This document shows, in pieces, positions 30,057 through 42,671 of a stretch of 64,000 nucleotides of DNA; position 1 is the first letter of the stretch; each line of letters starts with the position of its first letter. The notes beneath the pieces are model-generated. The model saw only the letters and a program-made list of their open reading frames with translations, was not told the origin of the DNA and searched no databases. The DNA comes from Desulfobacterales bacterium (lineage in GTDB: Bacteria; Desulfobacterota; Desulfobacteria; Desulfobacterales; UBA2174): contig CAXXWC010000008.1 in NCBI GenBank assembly GCA_963668645.2, positions 110,153 to 174,152 on the forward strand, in the 5' to 3' direction. The position numbers and the translations under genes were made by a program.

Positions 30057-30912
30057 GACCCTGATGGATCTTTTTGCCTGCCCGCCCATTCAGCGTGCCG
30101 CTTTGGCCTGCCTGCTTTGCGGTGCGAGCTGCTCGCTGTTGTCGGTTTTCGTGGTGCTGATGCGAATGCCGCTGATCGGGGTGTCCATGTCTCATGCCGC
30201 CTTTGCCGGGGCCGTGCTGGGGATGCTGCTGGACGTCAACGCCTTTTTGAGCGGTTTTGCCCTATGCCTGCTGGTAGCCGGGATGCTGGGGCCGCTAACC
30301 GACCGTACCGAGATGGCTCCGGAGAACGTTCTGGGGATTTTATTCTCCTTTTTGATGGGACTGGCCTTTCTCGGGATGGGCATTCTGACCAGAACCAAGG
30401 CCGGCGCGCTCAATCTCATGTGGGGCAGCCTGCTGACTCTGTCCGACAGCGATGTGATGGTTCTGGCAGTGATCACTGCGGTCCTGGTGGTTTTCATCGT
30501 CGCTTTTTTCAAGGAGATCCGGTCGGTGCTGTTCAACCGGAGGCTCGCGGCGGCCAGCGGGGTGCCCCAACGGATGATCTACTATACCCTGCTGCTTTTG
30601 ACCGGGGCCGTCGTCTCTTCAAACCTGGCCACGGTGGGCGGGCTGCTGATTTTTGCGCTGCTCGTACAACCCGGGGCCACGGCCCTTCAGTTGACCTTCA
30701 ACCTCAAACATTTTTTTATCATCTCGGCCGCTGCGGGGATTGGAGCCTGCTGCCTCGGCCTGGTGGTCTCGTACCTCTTCGATCTTCCGTCCGGTGCCTC
30801 GGTGGTCCTGATGGCGACGGTTATCTTCGCCGCCGCTTATCTGTTCTCACCCAAACGCCGCTCGGCCAAACTCAAGGAAAGGATGGAGGCGCATGGAAAT
30901 GACGCCGGATGA
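30049..30912 (+). CDS. Metal ABC transporter permease (ZnuB/ABC-3)
   Basis: MSHAAFAG, VGGLLIFALL, DLPSGASVV. Confidence 0.9.
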   Translation: MVETLMDLFACPPIQRAALACLLCGASCSLLSVFVVLMRMPLIGVSMSHAAFAGAVLGMLLDVNAFLSGFALCLLVAGMLGPLTDRTEMAPENVLGILFSFLMGLAFLGMGILTRTKAGALNLMWGSLLTLSDSDVMVLAVITAVLVVFIVAFFKEIRSVLFNRRLAAASGVPQRMIYYTLLLLTGAVVSSNLATVGGLLIFALLVQPGATALQLTFNLKHFFIISAAAGIGACCLGLVVSYLFDLPSGASVVLMATVIFAAAYLFSPKRRSAKLKERMEAHGNDAG

Positions 30913-31603
30913 AATCTATCGTGCCCGCAGGTGCTTCTTTGATGAAAGTGCCGAAAGGTGGCTCGACGCCTGGTACAAAGACCCGGAGACCGGCCGTTAC
31001 GACAAACACGCCAAGGACTTCGATCGGCTGTTTGCCATACTGCCTCTCAAGCCCGGCGATCGGGTCCTGGACGTCGGATGCGGCACAGGCGTGCTCATTC
31101 CCTTTATACTAGAGCGCATCAAGGCCGCCGGAAAGCTCATCGAGCTGGACTTCTCACAGCAGATGATCGCCCACAACCGGCGTTTTCATGAGGCGCAAAA
31201 CATCGATTTTATCGTTTCCGATGCGGAGCAGGCCCCCCTTGACGAGGCCTGCTGCGACGTGGTGATCTGCTTTTCCTGCTTCCCGCATTTTCACGACAAG
31301 GCCATGGCCTTGGGCACGCTGACCCGCATTCTCAAACCGCAAGGCACCTTCGTCGTGGCCCATTTCGGTTCGGCCGAGGAAATCAACCGCCACCACGAAT
31401 CCTGCCGGGCCGTCATGCACGACCACCTGCCGGATGAGACCGAAGTGCGCGCGCTGTTCCAAAAAGCCGGGCTGAGTATCGAACGCTTCACCGATGAAGC
31501 GGGGTTCTACTGCGTGCTGGCAGCCAAGAAGCCCCAAGAAGACAACCACCGTATCGATGAGATTCACACCGCGGCTGAAAGGATACCGAAGATTGAAGGG
31601 TAG
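30893..31603 (+). CDS. Class I SAM-dependent methyltransferase
   Basis: VLDVGCGTG, FSCFPHF, LKPQG. Confidence 0.9.
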   Translation: MEMTPDEIYRARRCFFDESAERWLDAWYKDPETGRYDKHAKDFDRLFAILPLKPGDRVLDVGCGTGVLIPFILERIKAAGKLIELDFSQQMIAHNRRFHEAQNIDFIVSDAEQAPLDEACCDVVICFSCFPHFHDKAMALGTLTRILKPQGTFVVAHFGSAEEINRHHESCRAVMHDHLPDETEVRALFQKAGLSIERFTDEAGFYCVLAAKKPQEDNHRIDEIHTAAERIPKIEG

Positions 31604-31632
31604 CTGGAGGTCTCGATTTTTTCGACCCTCTT

Positions 31633-32154
31633 TTACCAATCCCCTCGATCGTCGATTTCCGGATTGACAAACAAAACCTCAACCGTGCCTTGCTGCGGAT
31701 CCATGCGAACACTGCGGGCAAAGACATTGGAGAACCAGAGCCCGATAATCTTCCCATCAGGGGCTTTGATATACGCGCCGTAAGGGGCTTTTTGCACCTC
31801 CTGGTAGATGTTGCGGCTCATTTTGCCGAGCACCGCCGTTTGCGGATCCAACGGGACCCATAAACGTGAAGGGACGCTGTACTTACGGTCGATGGCCATA
31901 ATGGCATAGGGCATGGTGTCCCTGCCGGCATAAAAATATTGATATTCCGATCGGATGATCCCGCTGCGAAAATCATCGCCGACCGCCTTGTCGACGGCAA
32001 AACCCCCATAGTGTTGCATGCAGGCGGCCAAGGACAGGATCAAAACGAGCGCTGCCGCCAGGCCCTTTGTATTGCCCGGGCAGCGGCCATGGGAAGGAGG
32101 CTGCGGATTTCGGTCGCACATGGGATGACTCCAGCCGATCTTGTTAGCGTTCAT
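31633..32154 (-). CDS. Hypothetical lipoprotein (start uncertain)
   Basis: Hydrophobic stretch ending LAA-C lipobox, followed by a globular ~125-aa domain. Confidence 0.65.
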   Translation of the reverse strand: MNANKIGWSHPMCDRNPQPPSHGRCPGNTKGLAAALVLILSLAACMQHYGGFAVDKAVGDDFRSGIIRSEYQYFYAGRDTMPYAIMAIDRKYSVPSRLWVPLDPQTAVLGKMSRNIYQEVQKAPYGAYIKAPDGKIIGLWFSNVFARSVRMDPQQGTVEVLFVNPEIDDRGDW

Positions 32155-32652
32155 TACAACGCGTTTGTGTCCGGCCCCTGCCAGGCGGCAAGGTCTTCCT
32201 CTATGGCACTGCCCCGTGCCGGTTGGAACAAGACGTTGGGTTTGGCATTTACTCCAGGCACGGCCTGGCTCTTCCTGGCACCGGTTTGCCACTTGTGGGC
32301 AGGCGTGTCAACGCTTGCCAATATGGTGCAAACCTGTCCATTATGCCCGCTTGACTTTCCCTGGGCCGGAGTTATCGTTTCGTTCAAAAAGGTTAACCGC
32401 TTGAATGCACATCATAACACCTTTTCAGGTGGGCAATTTCGGAGGTGATATTATGTGTGCCTTACCAGTGCAATCAATCCGCTTCACATAGCTTACGGCA
32501 AGGGCCGGTCATCCAAACCGGCCGAATCGTAAAAGGGCAATCTCGATCGGTTGCCCCTGTGAGCGAAACGCTCACGATGGGGCCACACGGAAGGATTGCG
32601 CGTGAGCCATGGCCGTTGAACGACGACCGTTATCAGAAAAGGAGGTTGAATC

Positions 32653-33114
32653 ATGCTTGAACGCAGAATCTATCCCGCAATGTCTTACGGCAGCCGCGGC
32701 GTTTTCGAAGGGTTGGACCTGGTGCGCCGCTATCTCGATCGGCTCAGCGAAGGGGTTTTCGGCGAGCAGTCTTTGAGCCGCAGCCTTTCATCCGGTGTAT
32801 TTCCGGCTATCAACCTGACCCAGGACACGGATAATTTTTACGTGCGCGCGGAATTGCCCGGGATGAATGCCGATCAGCTGGGCATCGAGGTGGTGGGACG
32901 CAACCTGACCATCGCCGGCGAGCGAAAAATCGGCCAGGATGAAAACGTGCGCTACCATCGCCGCGAGCGCGAAGCCGGATCGTTTTCGCGCATCATCGAT
33001 CTTCCGGGCGATTTCGATGCCGAAAAGGTCGAGGCCGCAATGGTCAACGGGATTTTGACCGTCACCCTGCCCAAGGCCGGGGCGGCCAAACCGAGACAGA
33101 TCAGCGTCAGATAA
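32653..33114 (+). CDS. Hsp20/alpha-crystallin small heat shock protein
   Basis: FPAINL, AELPG, YHRRER, NGILTVTLPK; SD aggagg. Confidence 0.95.
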   Translation: MLERRIYPAMSYGSRGVFEGLDLVRRYLDRLSEGVFGEQSLSRSLSSGVFPAINLTQDTDNFYVRAELPGMNADQLGIEVVGRNLTIAGERKIGQDENVRYHRREREAGSFSRIIDLPGDFDAEKVEAAMVNGILTVTLPKAGAAKPRQISVR

Positions 33115-33141
33115 TTCATGGCGTTAAAGGAGGGATGAACA

Positions 33142-33546
33142 ATGACCCAATCGAGAGAAATTCAGGTAAGAGAAAAACAGGAGTTGGCGACCCCGGCCGA
33201 GCAGACCAAGACCGGCCCGGTTTTTATCCCGGCGGTGGATATTTGCGAAACGGATACCGCCATCGTGATGGCCGCCGATATGCCGGGGGTGGCCCCGGAG
33301 GACATTCAGATCGACCTGCACGAAGATGTGTTGACCATTTCCGGTGATGTCAGGCCCTTCGAGGGGGCAGAGGAGAACGACATCCTGGTGGAATTCGAAA
33401 TCGGGCGCTTCTTTCGCCAATTTACCCTGACCGAGGTCATCGATCAGGAAGGGATCGAGGCCAATCACCGGGACGGCATTCTGCATCTTACGCTGCCCAA
33501 ACAACAAAAGGCGCTGCCACGCAAAATCACGGTGAGCGCCGTCTGA
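33142..33546 (+). CDS. Hsp20/alpha-crystallin small heat shock protein
   Basis: PAVDI, ADMPGV, DGILHLTLPK, PRKITV. Confidence 0.95.
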   Translation: MTQSREIQVREKQELATPAEQTKTGPVFIPAVDICETDTAIVMAADMPGVAPEDIQIDLHEDVLTISGDVRPFEGAEENDILVEFEIGRFFRQFTLTEVIDQEGIEANHRDGILHLTLPKQQKALPRKITVSAV

Positions 33547-33570
33547 TCTTCCAGAACAGGTATGTTTGAT

Positions 33571-33602
33571 AAGGTGGGCCGGCAGCCGGCCGGCCCACCT
33601 TT
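33571..33602. terminator. Intrinsic terminator between hsp20 and the convergent racemase
   Basis: AAGGTGGGCCGGC-agccg-GCCGGCCCACCTT followed by T. Confidence 0.75.
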
Positions 33603-33661
33603 ACGATGGCCCCTTCATTGCCCGCATAACCGGTGTGGTTGGGCGGTGCATTGCGGCCGGG

Positions 33662-34354
33662 TTAATCCAGTGCCCGGGCCACCGCTGCGGCGGCATGGAT
33701 CAGGGTAGTGTCGTAAAGGGGCATGGCAGTGTCCTTAGGACCGATGAGCAGACCCAGTTCGGTGCAGCCGAGGATAACGGCCTGGGCCCCCATGGCGCCG
33801 AGACCGTCCACGATATCCAGCATGGCCCTTTGCGATGCTGAATTACTGATCCCGAGGCACAGCTCCTGGAAGATGATCCTGTCGATCCGTTGCCGGTCCG
33901 CCGCCTCGGGCACCACGACCTGCAAACCGTAGCGCTCGACGAGCCGCCCCTTGTAAAAGTCCTGCTCCATGGTGACCGCCGTTCCCAAAAGACCGACCTT
34001 TCTGATCCCATCCCTGACCAGGGCTTCGGCCGTGGCGTCGGCGATATGCAGCAGCGGGATTTCCACCGAACGCGCTACCGCCTCGGCCACCCGGTGCATG
34101 GTGTTGGTGCAAATGAGCAGAAAATCCGCGCCTCCGGACGCCACGCGCCGGGCACCTTCTGCCAGGGCCGCGGTCACGGCCTGCCAGTTGCCGGCGCGCA
34201 GCATCTCTTCGATGGGCGCGAAATCGACGCTGTACAGGACGATGCGCGCCGAGTGCAACCCGCCGCAGCGGGCTTTGATGCCCTGGTTGATCTCGCGGTA
34301 GTACCCGACTGTGCTTTCCCAGCTCATGCCGCCTAAAAGACCGATGGTTTTCAT
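33662..34354 (-). CDS. Aspartate/glutamate racemase family protein
   Basis: IGLLGGMSWEST, ICTNTMH, LGCTEL. Confidence 0.95.
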   Translation of the reverse strand: MKTIGLLGGMSWESTVGYYREINQGIKARCGGLHSARIVLYSVDFAPIEEMLRAGNWQAVTAALAEGARRVASGGADFLLICTNTMHRVAEAVARSVEIPLLHIADATAEALVRDGIRKVGLLGTAVTMEQDFYKGRLVERYGLQVVVPEAADRQRIDRIIFQELCLGISNSASQRAMLDIVDGLGAMGAQAVILGCTELGLLIGPKDTAMPLYDTTLIHAAAAVARALD

Positions 34355-34571
34355 CTTTCGCCTGTTTTTCCGTTGTATGTTATCCCGCCGGCAAAGCCCC
34401 GCTCCGGTTGTCCGCCCCGGTCTTCCCGGCTCCTTGCGGGACTAGAACTACTTGAAGTCTCATCCGGTTTGATATAGGAAGATAGCAATTCGCCCCCGGC
34501 CTGAATATCAAGATTGCAGCGACCCCGGGCCGGGCCAGTTGATGTAAATCCCCAAATCAATCCATGTGCCG

Positions 34572-35882
34572 ATGAAGACACCTGTGTGGCGCCCTCTATT
34601 GCTGGCATGTCTCCTCGTTTTTGCCGCCATCCATCTGCTTCCCGTTCCTGCCGATCCTGGAAAGTCGGCACCGGCGGTGGTCGAAGTACCGGCTTCCAAC
34701 CTGCCGGCAGATTCCGCTGTGCAAGACCGGTCCGAAAAGGAGACCGCCTCCCTTTACGGGATTCCTCTGGAAGGGCTCGATCCGGTATACGGCAAAATTG
34801 CCCGGGGGGAAACCCTGGCCGACATTCTGAGACGCGCTGGAGTCGACTATGGCCGCGTTCTTGAGGCGGCCGGAGCCTGCAAGGGGGTGTTCAACCTTCG
34901 CCGGATGCGGGCCGGCAACCCTTATTGTCTGATGAGGGACGAAGCGGGCGGCCTGCGCTATTTCATTTACGAGGCTTCCCTGCGCGACTACGTGGTTTTT
35001 GATCTGACCGCGGCGCCCACCGTCGTTGCCGGGCAAAAGCCGGTTCAGACCGAACTGCGCAGTGTGGCCGCCACGGTGGCCTCATCTTTGTGGGACGCCT
35101 TGCAAAGCCAGGACGTCAGCCCGGAATTGATCGTCCAACTCGACGATGTGTTCGGCCAGGTGGTGGATCTTTTTTACCTGCAGCCGGGTGACGAGATCCA
35201 TATGGTCTATGAGGACATCCTGGTCGATGGCCAACGGGCCGCGCCGGGCCGTATCCAGGCGGCGCGGTTGGTGCACGAGGGGAGCGTCTACAACGCCTTT
35301 TACCATGAAACCGCTACGCGCCAGGGGTATTTCGACGAAACGGGGCGCAGCCTGCAGCGCACTTTTCTCAAAGCGCCGCTCAAATATACCCGCATCAGTT
35401 CGGGATTTTCCGATCGCCGCTTTCATCCGATTCTCAAACTTTACCGCAAACACCACGCAATCGACTACGCAGCGCCTGCGGGCACGCCGATTCTGGCTGT
35501 GGGCGACGGCAAGGTCCTGTCTACCGGCTACGACAAAAATGCCGGCCGGTACATCCGCCTGCGCCACGGCAGCCGCTACGAGAGCCGCTACATCCACTTG
35601 TCAAGGTTTGCCAAGGGAATGCGCAAAGGGCGTTTCGTCAAGCGCGGGGAGGTCATCGGCTACGTGGGCCAGACCGGCCTGGCGACCGGTCCCCACCTTG
35701 ATTTTGCATTTTACCGCGATGGGGCTGCCGTCAATTTCCGCAAGATCGAATCGCCGCCGGCCGAACCGCTGGCCGCCGACCAGATGGCCTGCTTCCAGGA
35801 GCGGGTGGCACAGTACATTCCCCGCCTCGAATCGGCCATGGTGGTGTCCGAATCCGAAAATCAAGACCGGGGCGGGGCCTGA
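34572..35882 (+). CDS. M23 family peptidoglycan endopeptidase (MepM-like)
   Basis: HHAIDY, YIHLS, TGLATGPHL. Confidence 0.92.
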   Translation: MKTPVWRPLLLACLLVFAAIHLLPVPADPGKSAPAVVEVPASNLPADSAVQDRSEKETASLYGIPLEGLDPVYGKIARGETLADILRRAGVDYGRVLEAAGACKGVFNLRRMRAGNPYCLMRDEAGGLRYFIYEASLRDYVVFDLTAAPTVVAGQKPVQTELRSVAATVASSLWDALQSQDVSPELIVQLDDVFGQVVDLFYLQPGDEIHMVYEDILVDGQRAAPGRIQAARLVHEGSVYNAFYHETATRQGYFDETGRSLQRTFLKAPLKYTRISSGFSDRRFHPILKLYRKHHAIDYAAPAGTPILAVGDGKVLSTGYDKNAGRYIRLRHGSRYESRYIHLSRFAKGMRKGRFVKRGEVIGYVGQTGLATGPHLDFAFYRDGAAVNFRKIESPPAEPLAADQMACFQERVAQYIPRLESAMVVSESENQDRGGA

Positions 35883-36247
35883 ATCCCCGGCCGGGGCGAA
35901 CGCTACCTGAGGCGGCCGCCCCATTTTTATCATGGGGTAATTCCACTTCCCAAGAGCCGCCGGTTTCCGCCGTCCTTGCCGCACCTGCCCGCCAAAAACC
36001 GATTTATCCCGTCGCAGCCACCCTGCTTTTTTTGCCTGAACCGGATGCCGTTCACAGGCAGAAATGCTGCGGCGATCCTATGTCGGCGACCGGTCTGCCT
36101 GCTCCGGTTGGCGGATACGAGGTTGCAAAAATGTATTTTTTTTCGGTAAATAATTACATATTTGGATATATCCCCTGATCTGCGTGGGCATCTTTATTTG
36201 GGGTTAAGATCCTGGAATAATTAGTTGATGCCCATATTGTGGGGAGA

Positions 36248-36263
36248 TGGCACGTCCATTGCT
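36248..36263 (+). promoter_or_regulatory. sigma54 promoter of glnD-amtB-PII-glnA
   Basis: TGGCACGTCCATTGCT (GG-N10-GC), preceded by an AT-rich tract. Confidence 0.85.
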
Positions 36264-36299
36264 TTAAATTCGAACAAACTGGATACACAGACAGGACCC

Positions 36300-38986
36300 A
36301 TGAAGACCAAACGAACCATTGCCCATAACCCGGATTTGCCCCCCGCCGCAGTGCTTTTCGCTGCCCGAGAGGCCCTGGTGAACCGAATTTTGCGCGGTGA
36401 GGTGGCCGATCCCCTGGGATCGTTGACGGCGCTTCTGGACGATTATTTCCGGCGGCGCTTCGAGGCCAGCATGGTCGGCCCGCGCATCGGTTTGGTGCGC
36501 AATCCTTATGCCATTATCGCCCTGGGTGGCTACGGGCGGGGCGAACAATGCATGCAAAGCGACGTCGATCTGATGCTGCTTTTCGAAAGCAAGCTTCCCA
36601 AAGAGACCGACGGATTGATCCGCGAGGTCGTCTACCCCTTGTGGGACGCCGGCATGGACGTGGGCCATGCCACCCGCAGCATCAAGGAATGCCTGCGTAT
36701 GAGCCGCCAGGACTTCGAGGTGCTCACCTCGCTGCTCGACGCACGTTTCATCTGCGGCCAGAGCCGGCTTTATACCGAGCTTATGGAAAGACTGCGCCAG
36801 TCCGTGATCCACTCCAAAAGAGCGGAAATTATCCGCTGGCTCATCGAGACCAACCAGGCGCGCCACAGGCGCTTCGGTGACTCGTCCTATCTGCTTGAAC
36901 CGAACCTCAAAGAGGGGCGGGGAGGCCTGCGCGACTATCACACCATGCTGTGGATCGCGCGCATCAAGTCAGACATTCACCATCGCCGTGACCTGGAGTA
37001 CTACGGATATCTGTCCCACGATGAATACACCGCCTTCGAAGAGGCGCTCGGCTTCGTATGGCGGGTGCGCAACCGGCTTCACCATGTTTCCGGCCGTAAG
37101 AACGATCAGCTCCATTTCGAACACCAGGTGCGCCTGGCCCGCCAGATGGGGTACGCCGCCAGCGGAGGGCAGCAGCCGGTGGAGCGCTTTCTGGGCCAGC
37201 TCCACGCCCAGATGGAGTTGATCAAAGAGAAGCATTTGATGTTTCTCTACGAACAGGGATACGCCATGCGCCGGCCGCGGCGCCGGGATGCCTCGCCCAC
37301 CGGCACGGCCGGCATCGAGGTGGACGGTGGCCGTCTGGCGTTTTGTACGCCGGAAGAGATCGTGACCCGGCCCGGGCTGCTGCTCGACATCTTCGAGGCC
37401 TCGGCGCGCCTGCGCATGCCGTTGGGGGCCGAAGCCAAGCGGCTGGTACGCGAATTTTTGCACCTGGTGGACGACTCGACCCTCACCGACCCCGAGAATC
37501 TGGCGGTCTTTGAGCGCATTCTGGTGCAACCCGCCCCCCATTTCAATGTGTTCAGCGAGATGCGGCGCACCGGAATCCTCTTTCGCCTCATTCCCGAGCT
37601 GCAAAGTATCCAGGATCGCATCCAATACGACGCCTATCACCTCTTTCCGGTCGATCGTCATTCGTTGCGGGTGGTGCGCACCCTTAAAAGCTTCGGCAGC
37701 CAGGACGACCGATCCAACGATCCGCTTTGCGGTGAACTGTACCGCCTCCTGCGCCAGCGCCGCCAGCTGCTGTGGGCCGCCTTGCTCCACGATATCGGCA
37801 AGGGGCAGACCGGCGGCGATCATGCCCGGCGCGGCGCCGAGATCGTCCGTACGATCCTCGGACGCCTGGGCTACCGGGAAAAAGACATCGATACGGTGGC
37901 TTTCCTGGTGGCCGAGCACCTGCTGCTGATCAAGGCCGCCACCCGCAGGGACATCAACGACGAGGAGACGGCCATCAACTGCGCCCGGCGCATCCAGGAT
38001 GTGACCCGGTTGCGGATGCTTTATCTGCTCACGGTAGCCGATTCCATGTCCACCGGGCCCAAGGCCTGGAACCAATGGACCGGGGTTTTACTGCGCGAGT
38101 TCTTCTTTAAGGTACTCAACACCCTGGAACGCGGCGAACTGGCCACCGGCGAAGTGGTGGCCTCGGTGGCGGTCAAACAGCGTCAACTGCTGGAACAGGC
38201 CGCAACCGCCGAGGAAGCCGAGATGCTTGAACGTCTCTTTGCCCTCATGTCGCCGCGCTACCTGATCCATTTCGGCATCGAAGAGATGGCCAAGCATGCC
38301 GCCTTGTACCGCCGGCTCGACAAGGCGCCCTTTGTCTGGGATGTCTGCCCTTCGCCGGATACCCGGACCCGCACCGTGACGATCTGCGCCCAGGACCGTC
38401 CCGGTCTGTTTTCCAAGATGGCCGGGATCTTCACCCTTCACGGGATGAACATTTTAAGCTCCCAGATTTTCACCTGGCGTAACAACATCGCGCTGGACAT
38501 CTTCGAAGTCACCCCGCCGGCCGACCCCATTTTCGAGGCCGATCGCTGGCAGCAGGCTGCCAGCGATTTCGAAGCGGCCCTTGCCGATCGTCTCGACCTG
38601 GGCCAGGCCCTGGCCGAAAAGATAGCCGCCTGCCGGCCGCCGCACCAACCGGTGGACCGCCGTCCGTCCAAGGTGGTGGTGGACAATGCCGGATCGAGCT
38701 TTTTTACCATCGTGGAGGTTTTCGCCGACGATTTTACCGGGCTGCTTTACCGGGTTACCGACGCCTTGCTGCGTTGCCGGCTCGATATCTGGGTGGCCCG
38801 GGTGGCCACCCATGTGGATCAGGTGGTGGACGTTTTTTACGTGCGGGATTTCGACGGTCAGAAGGTGGACAACCCCGATCAGGTGGCCGGCATCGAGAAG
38901 GCCGTGATGGCGGTGCTGGCCGACATAACCATGGACAAGGCCTGCCTGGTGCCGGCCAACATCGACAATGGAGGTACACACCGCGA

Positions 38987-38990
<4 letters not shown>
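36300..38990 (+). CDS. glnD: [Protein-PII] uridylyltransferase
   Basis: ALGGYGRG..SDVD, EPNLKEGRGGLRD, HD domain LLHDIGKG, two ACT domains. Confidence 0.96.
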
Positions 38991-40676
<1,686 letters not shown>

Positions 40677-40808
40677 AAGGGAGCCGTCTTTCCGGGCGGA
40701 CCGGTCTGATCCGTCTGCCCCGGCTTCAGGCCAAAGGGCGGTACGAATGTTGAGACATTCACAGGATTGTAACAAACCTCATTCAAACCTACAGCAAGGA
40801 GAAAGGCA

Positions 40809-42221
40809 ATGACACCCGCAGAAGTTCTCAAGATGGCAAAGGAAAAAGGCGTAAAGGTCGTCGATATCCGCTTCATGGATTTTCCCGGCATGTGGCAGCA
40901 TTTCAGCGTACCGGTCAAGGAACTGGACGAGGGCAGCTTCGAGGACGGGTTCGGCTTCGACGGATCGAGCATCCGCGGCTGGCAGCCGATCAACGCCAGC
41001 GACATGCTGGTGATCCCGGACGCCGCGACGGCCAAGATCGATCCATTCTTCGACGTGCCGACCCTCGTGCTCATCGGCGACATCGTCGACCCGGTGACCC
41101 GTGAGTCCTACAGCCGCGATCCGCGCTACATCGCCAAGAAGGCCGAAGCCTATCTGAAGCGCACCGGCATCGGCGACACGGCTTTCATCGGTCCTGAGGC
41201 GGAGTTTTTCATCTTCGACAACATCCAGTACGAGTCGGGCCGCAACCTGAGCTATTACGAGATCGATTCGGTCGAGGCCACCTGGAACACCGGCCGCGAC
41301 GAAGGCCCCAACCTCGGGTACAAGCCGCGCCACAAGGAAGGCTATTTTCCGGTTCCGCCCACCGACAAGTTCCAGAACCTGCGCACCGAGATGCTCCTGA
41401 CCCTCGAAAGCCTCGGCATCGAAGTCGAGTGCCAGCACCACGAGGTGGCCACCGCCGGCCAGTCCGAGATCGACATGCGCTTCAAGCCGCTGCTGCAGAT
41501 GTCCGACCAGCTCATGTGGTTCAAGTACGTGCTCAAGAACGTCGCCTACCGCGCCGGGCACACCGTGACCTTCATGCCCAAGCCGCTGTTCGAGGACAAC
41601 GGTTCGGGCATGCACACCCACCTGAGCATCTGGAAGGGCGGCCAGCCCTTGTTTGCCGGCGACAAGTACGCCGGCGTCAGCCAGGAGGCGCTCTACGCCA
41701 TCGGCGGGATCCTCAAGCACTGCCGGGCCATCTGCGCCATCAGCAACCCGACGACCAACTCCTATAAACGCCTGGTGCCCGGGTTCGAGGCGCCGGTCAA
41801 CCTGGCCTACTCCAGCCGCAACCGCTCGGCGGCCGTTCGCATTCCGATGTACTCGGCCTCACCCAAGGCCAAGCGCATCGAATTTCGTACCCCGGACCCC
41901 TCGTGCAACGGCTATCTCGCCTTTTCGGCGATCCTCATGGCCGCCATCGACGGGATCGAGAACAAGATCGATCCGGGCGATCCCCTGGACAAGAACATCT
42001 ACGATCTGCCGCCCGAAGAGCTGGCCAACATCCCCTCGGCCCCCGGCTCCCTCGATGCGGCGCTTGCCGCCCTGCAGGAAGACAACGCCTTTTTGCTCAA
42101 GGGCGATGTTTTCACCCAGGACGTGCTCGACATGTGGATCGACTACAAGACGGCCAACGAGGTGAATCCGGTGCGGCTGCGGCCCCATCCCCACGAATTC
42201 TTCCTCTACTACGACATTTAA
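40809..42221 (+). CDS. glnA: Type I glutamine synthetase (GSI-beta)
   Basis: FDGSSI, beta insertion, HHEVA, DNGSGMH, PGFEAP, adenylylation site KNIYDL. Confidence 0.97.
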   Translation: MTPAEVLKMAKEKGVKVVDIRFMDFPGMWQHFSVPVKELDEGSFEDGFGFDGSSIRGWQPINASDMLVIPDAATAKIDPFFDVPTLVLIGDIVDPVTRESYSRDPRYIAKKAEAYLKRTGIGDTAFIGPEAEFFIFDNIQYESGRNLSYYEIDSVEATWNTGRDEGPNLGYKPRHKEGYFPVPPTDKFQNLRTEMLLTLESLGIEVECQHHEVATAGQSEIDMRFKPLLQMSDQLMWFKYVLKNVAYRAGHTVTFMPKPLFEDNGSGMHTHLSIWKGGQPLFAGDKYAGVSQEALYAIGGILKHCRAICAISNPTTNSYKRLVPGFEAPVNLAYSSRNRSAAVRIPMYSASPKAKRIEFRTPDPSCNGYLAFSAILMAAIDGIENKIDPGDPLDKNIYDLPPEELANIPSAPGSLDAALAALQEDNAFLLKGDVFTQDVLDMWIDYKTANEVNPVRLRPHPHEFFLYYDI

Positions 42222-42223
42222 TA

Positions 42224-42265
42224 AAAAGGCGGGTGCGGGGGCTTCGACTCCCGCACCCGCCTTTT
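42224..42265 (+). terminator. Intrinsic terminator after glnA
   Basis: AAAAGGCGGGTGCGGG...CCCGCACCCGCCTTTT. Confidence 0.9.
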
Positions 42266-42425
42266 GAAAACGACCGACAGGCCCCCCGGATAGCCTCGCA
42301 GGCGACCGTTCACGCGATTCGGGGCTGGCCACATTTCATCCGGAAGGCGTGAAATCGCCTTGACACTATCCACAGGGCGGTGGTAGGGGATATGCCATTC
42401 TAAATTTTAAGACTGGATCGAAACC

Positions 42426-42506
42426 ATGCTGATTTTTTTTCAGGGAAGCACTAACGCTTATCGGTGGTATTATTATTACCCCACTGGTCTGCTCGAGGCG
42501 CCCTGA
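42426..42506 (+). CDS. Putative attenuator leader peptide MLIFFQGSTNAYRWYYYYPTGLLEAP
   Basis: 26 codons with 2 Phe, 1 Trp and 5 Tyr, directly upstream of DAHP synthase and followed by a terminator-like hairpin. Confidence 0.75.
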   Translation: MLIFFQGSTNAYRWYYYYPTGLLEAP

Positions 42507-42528
42507 AGGAAAGTCGTTTTAACCATCG

Positions 42529-42568
42529 AAGGCCGCGGGCAGATCAGACTGCCGGCGGCCTTTGTGTT
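42529..42568 (+). terminator. Candidate attenuator terminator
   Basis: AAGGCCGC-GGGCAG-atcaga-CTGCC-GGCGGCCTTT-gtgtt; a second similar hairpin at ~42578-42607. Confidence 0.6.
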
Positions 42569-42671
42569 GCATCCAAGAGGCCGCTGGCAAAAATCTGCCG
42601 CGGCTTTCGCATTTGGACCGGCCGTTTTCGCCCCGTTTGGCAAGGCGGCAGTCCCGCGAAAGGATCCTGTG

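Noticed and set aside
32276..32291. TGGCACCGGTTTGCCA as a sigma54 promoter
   Set aside because: GG to GC spacing is 9 nt, not the required 10; GG-N11-GC at ~59972 was rejected likewise.
34355..34500. GC-rich leader of the racemase as a riboswitch
   Set aside because: I could not match lysine, c-di-GMP, SAM or guanidine consensus elements or find a terminator; an Rfam scan would settle it.
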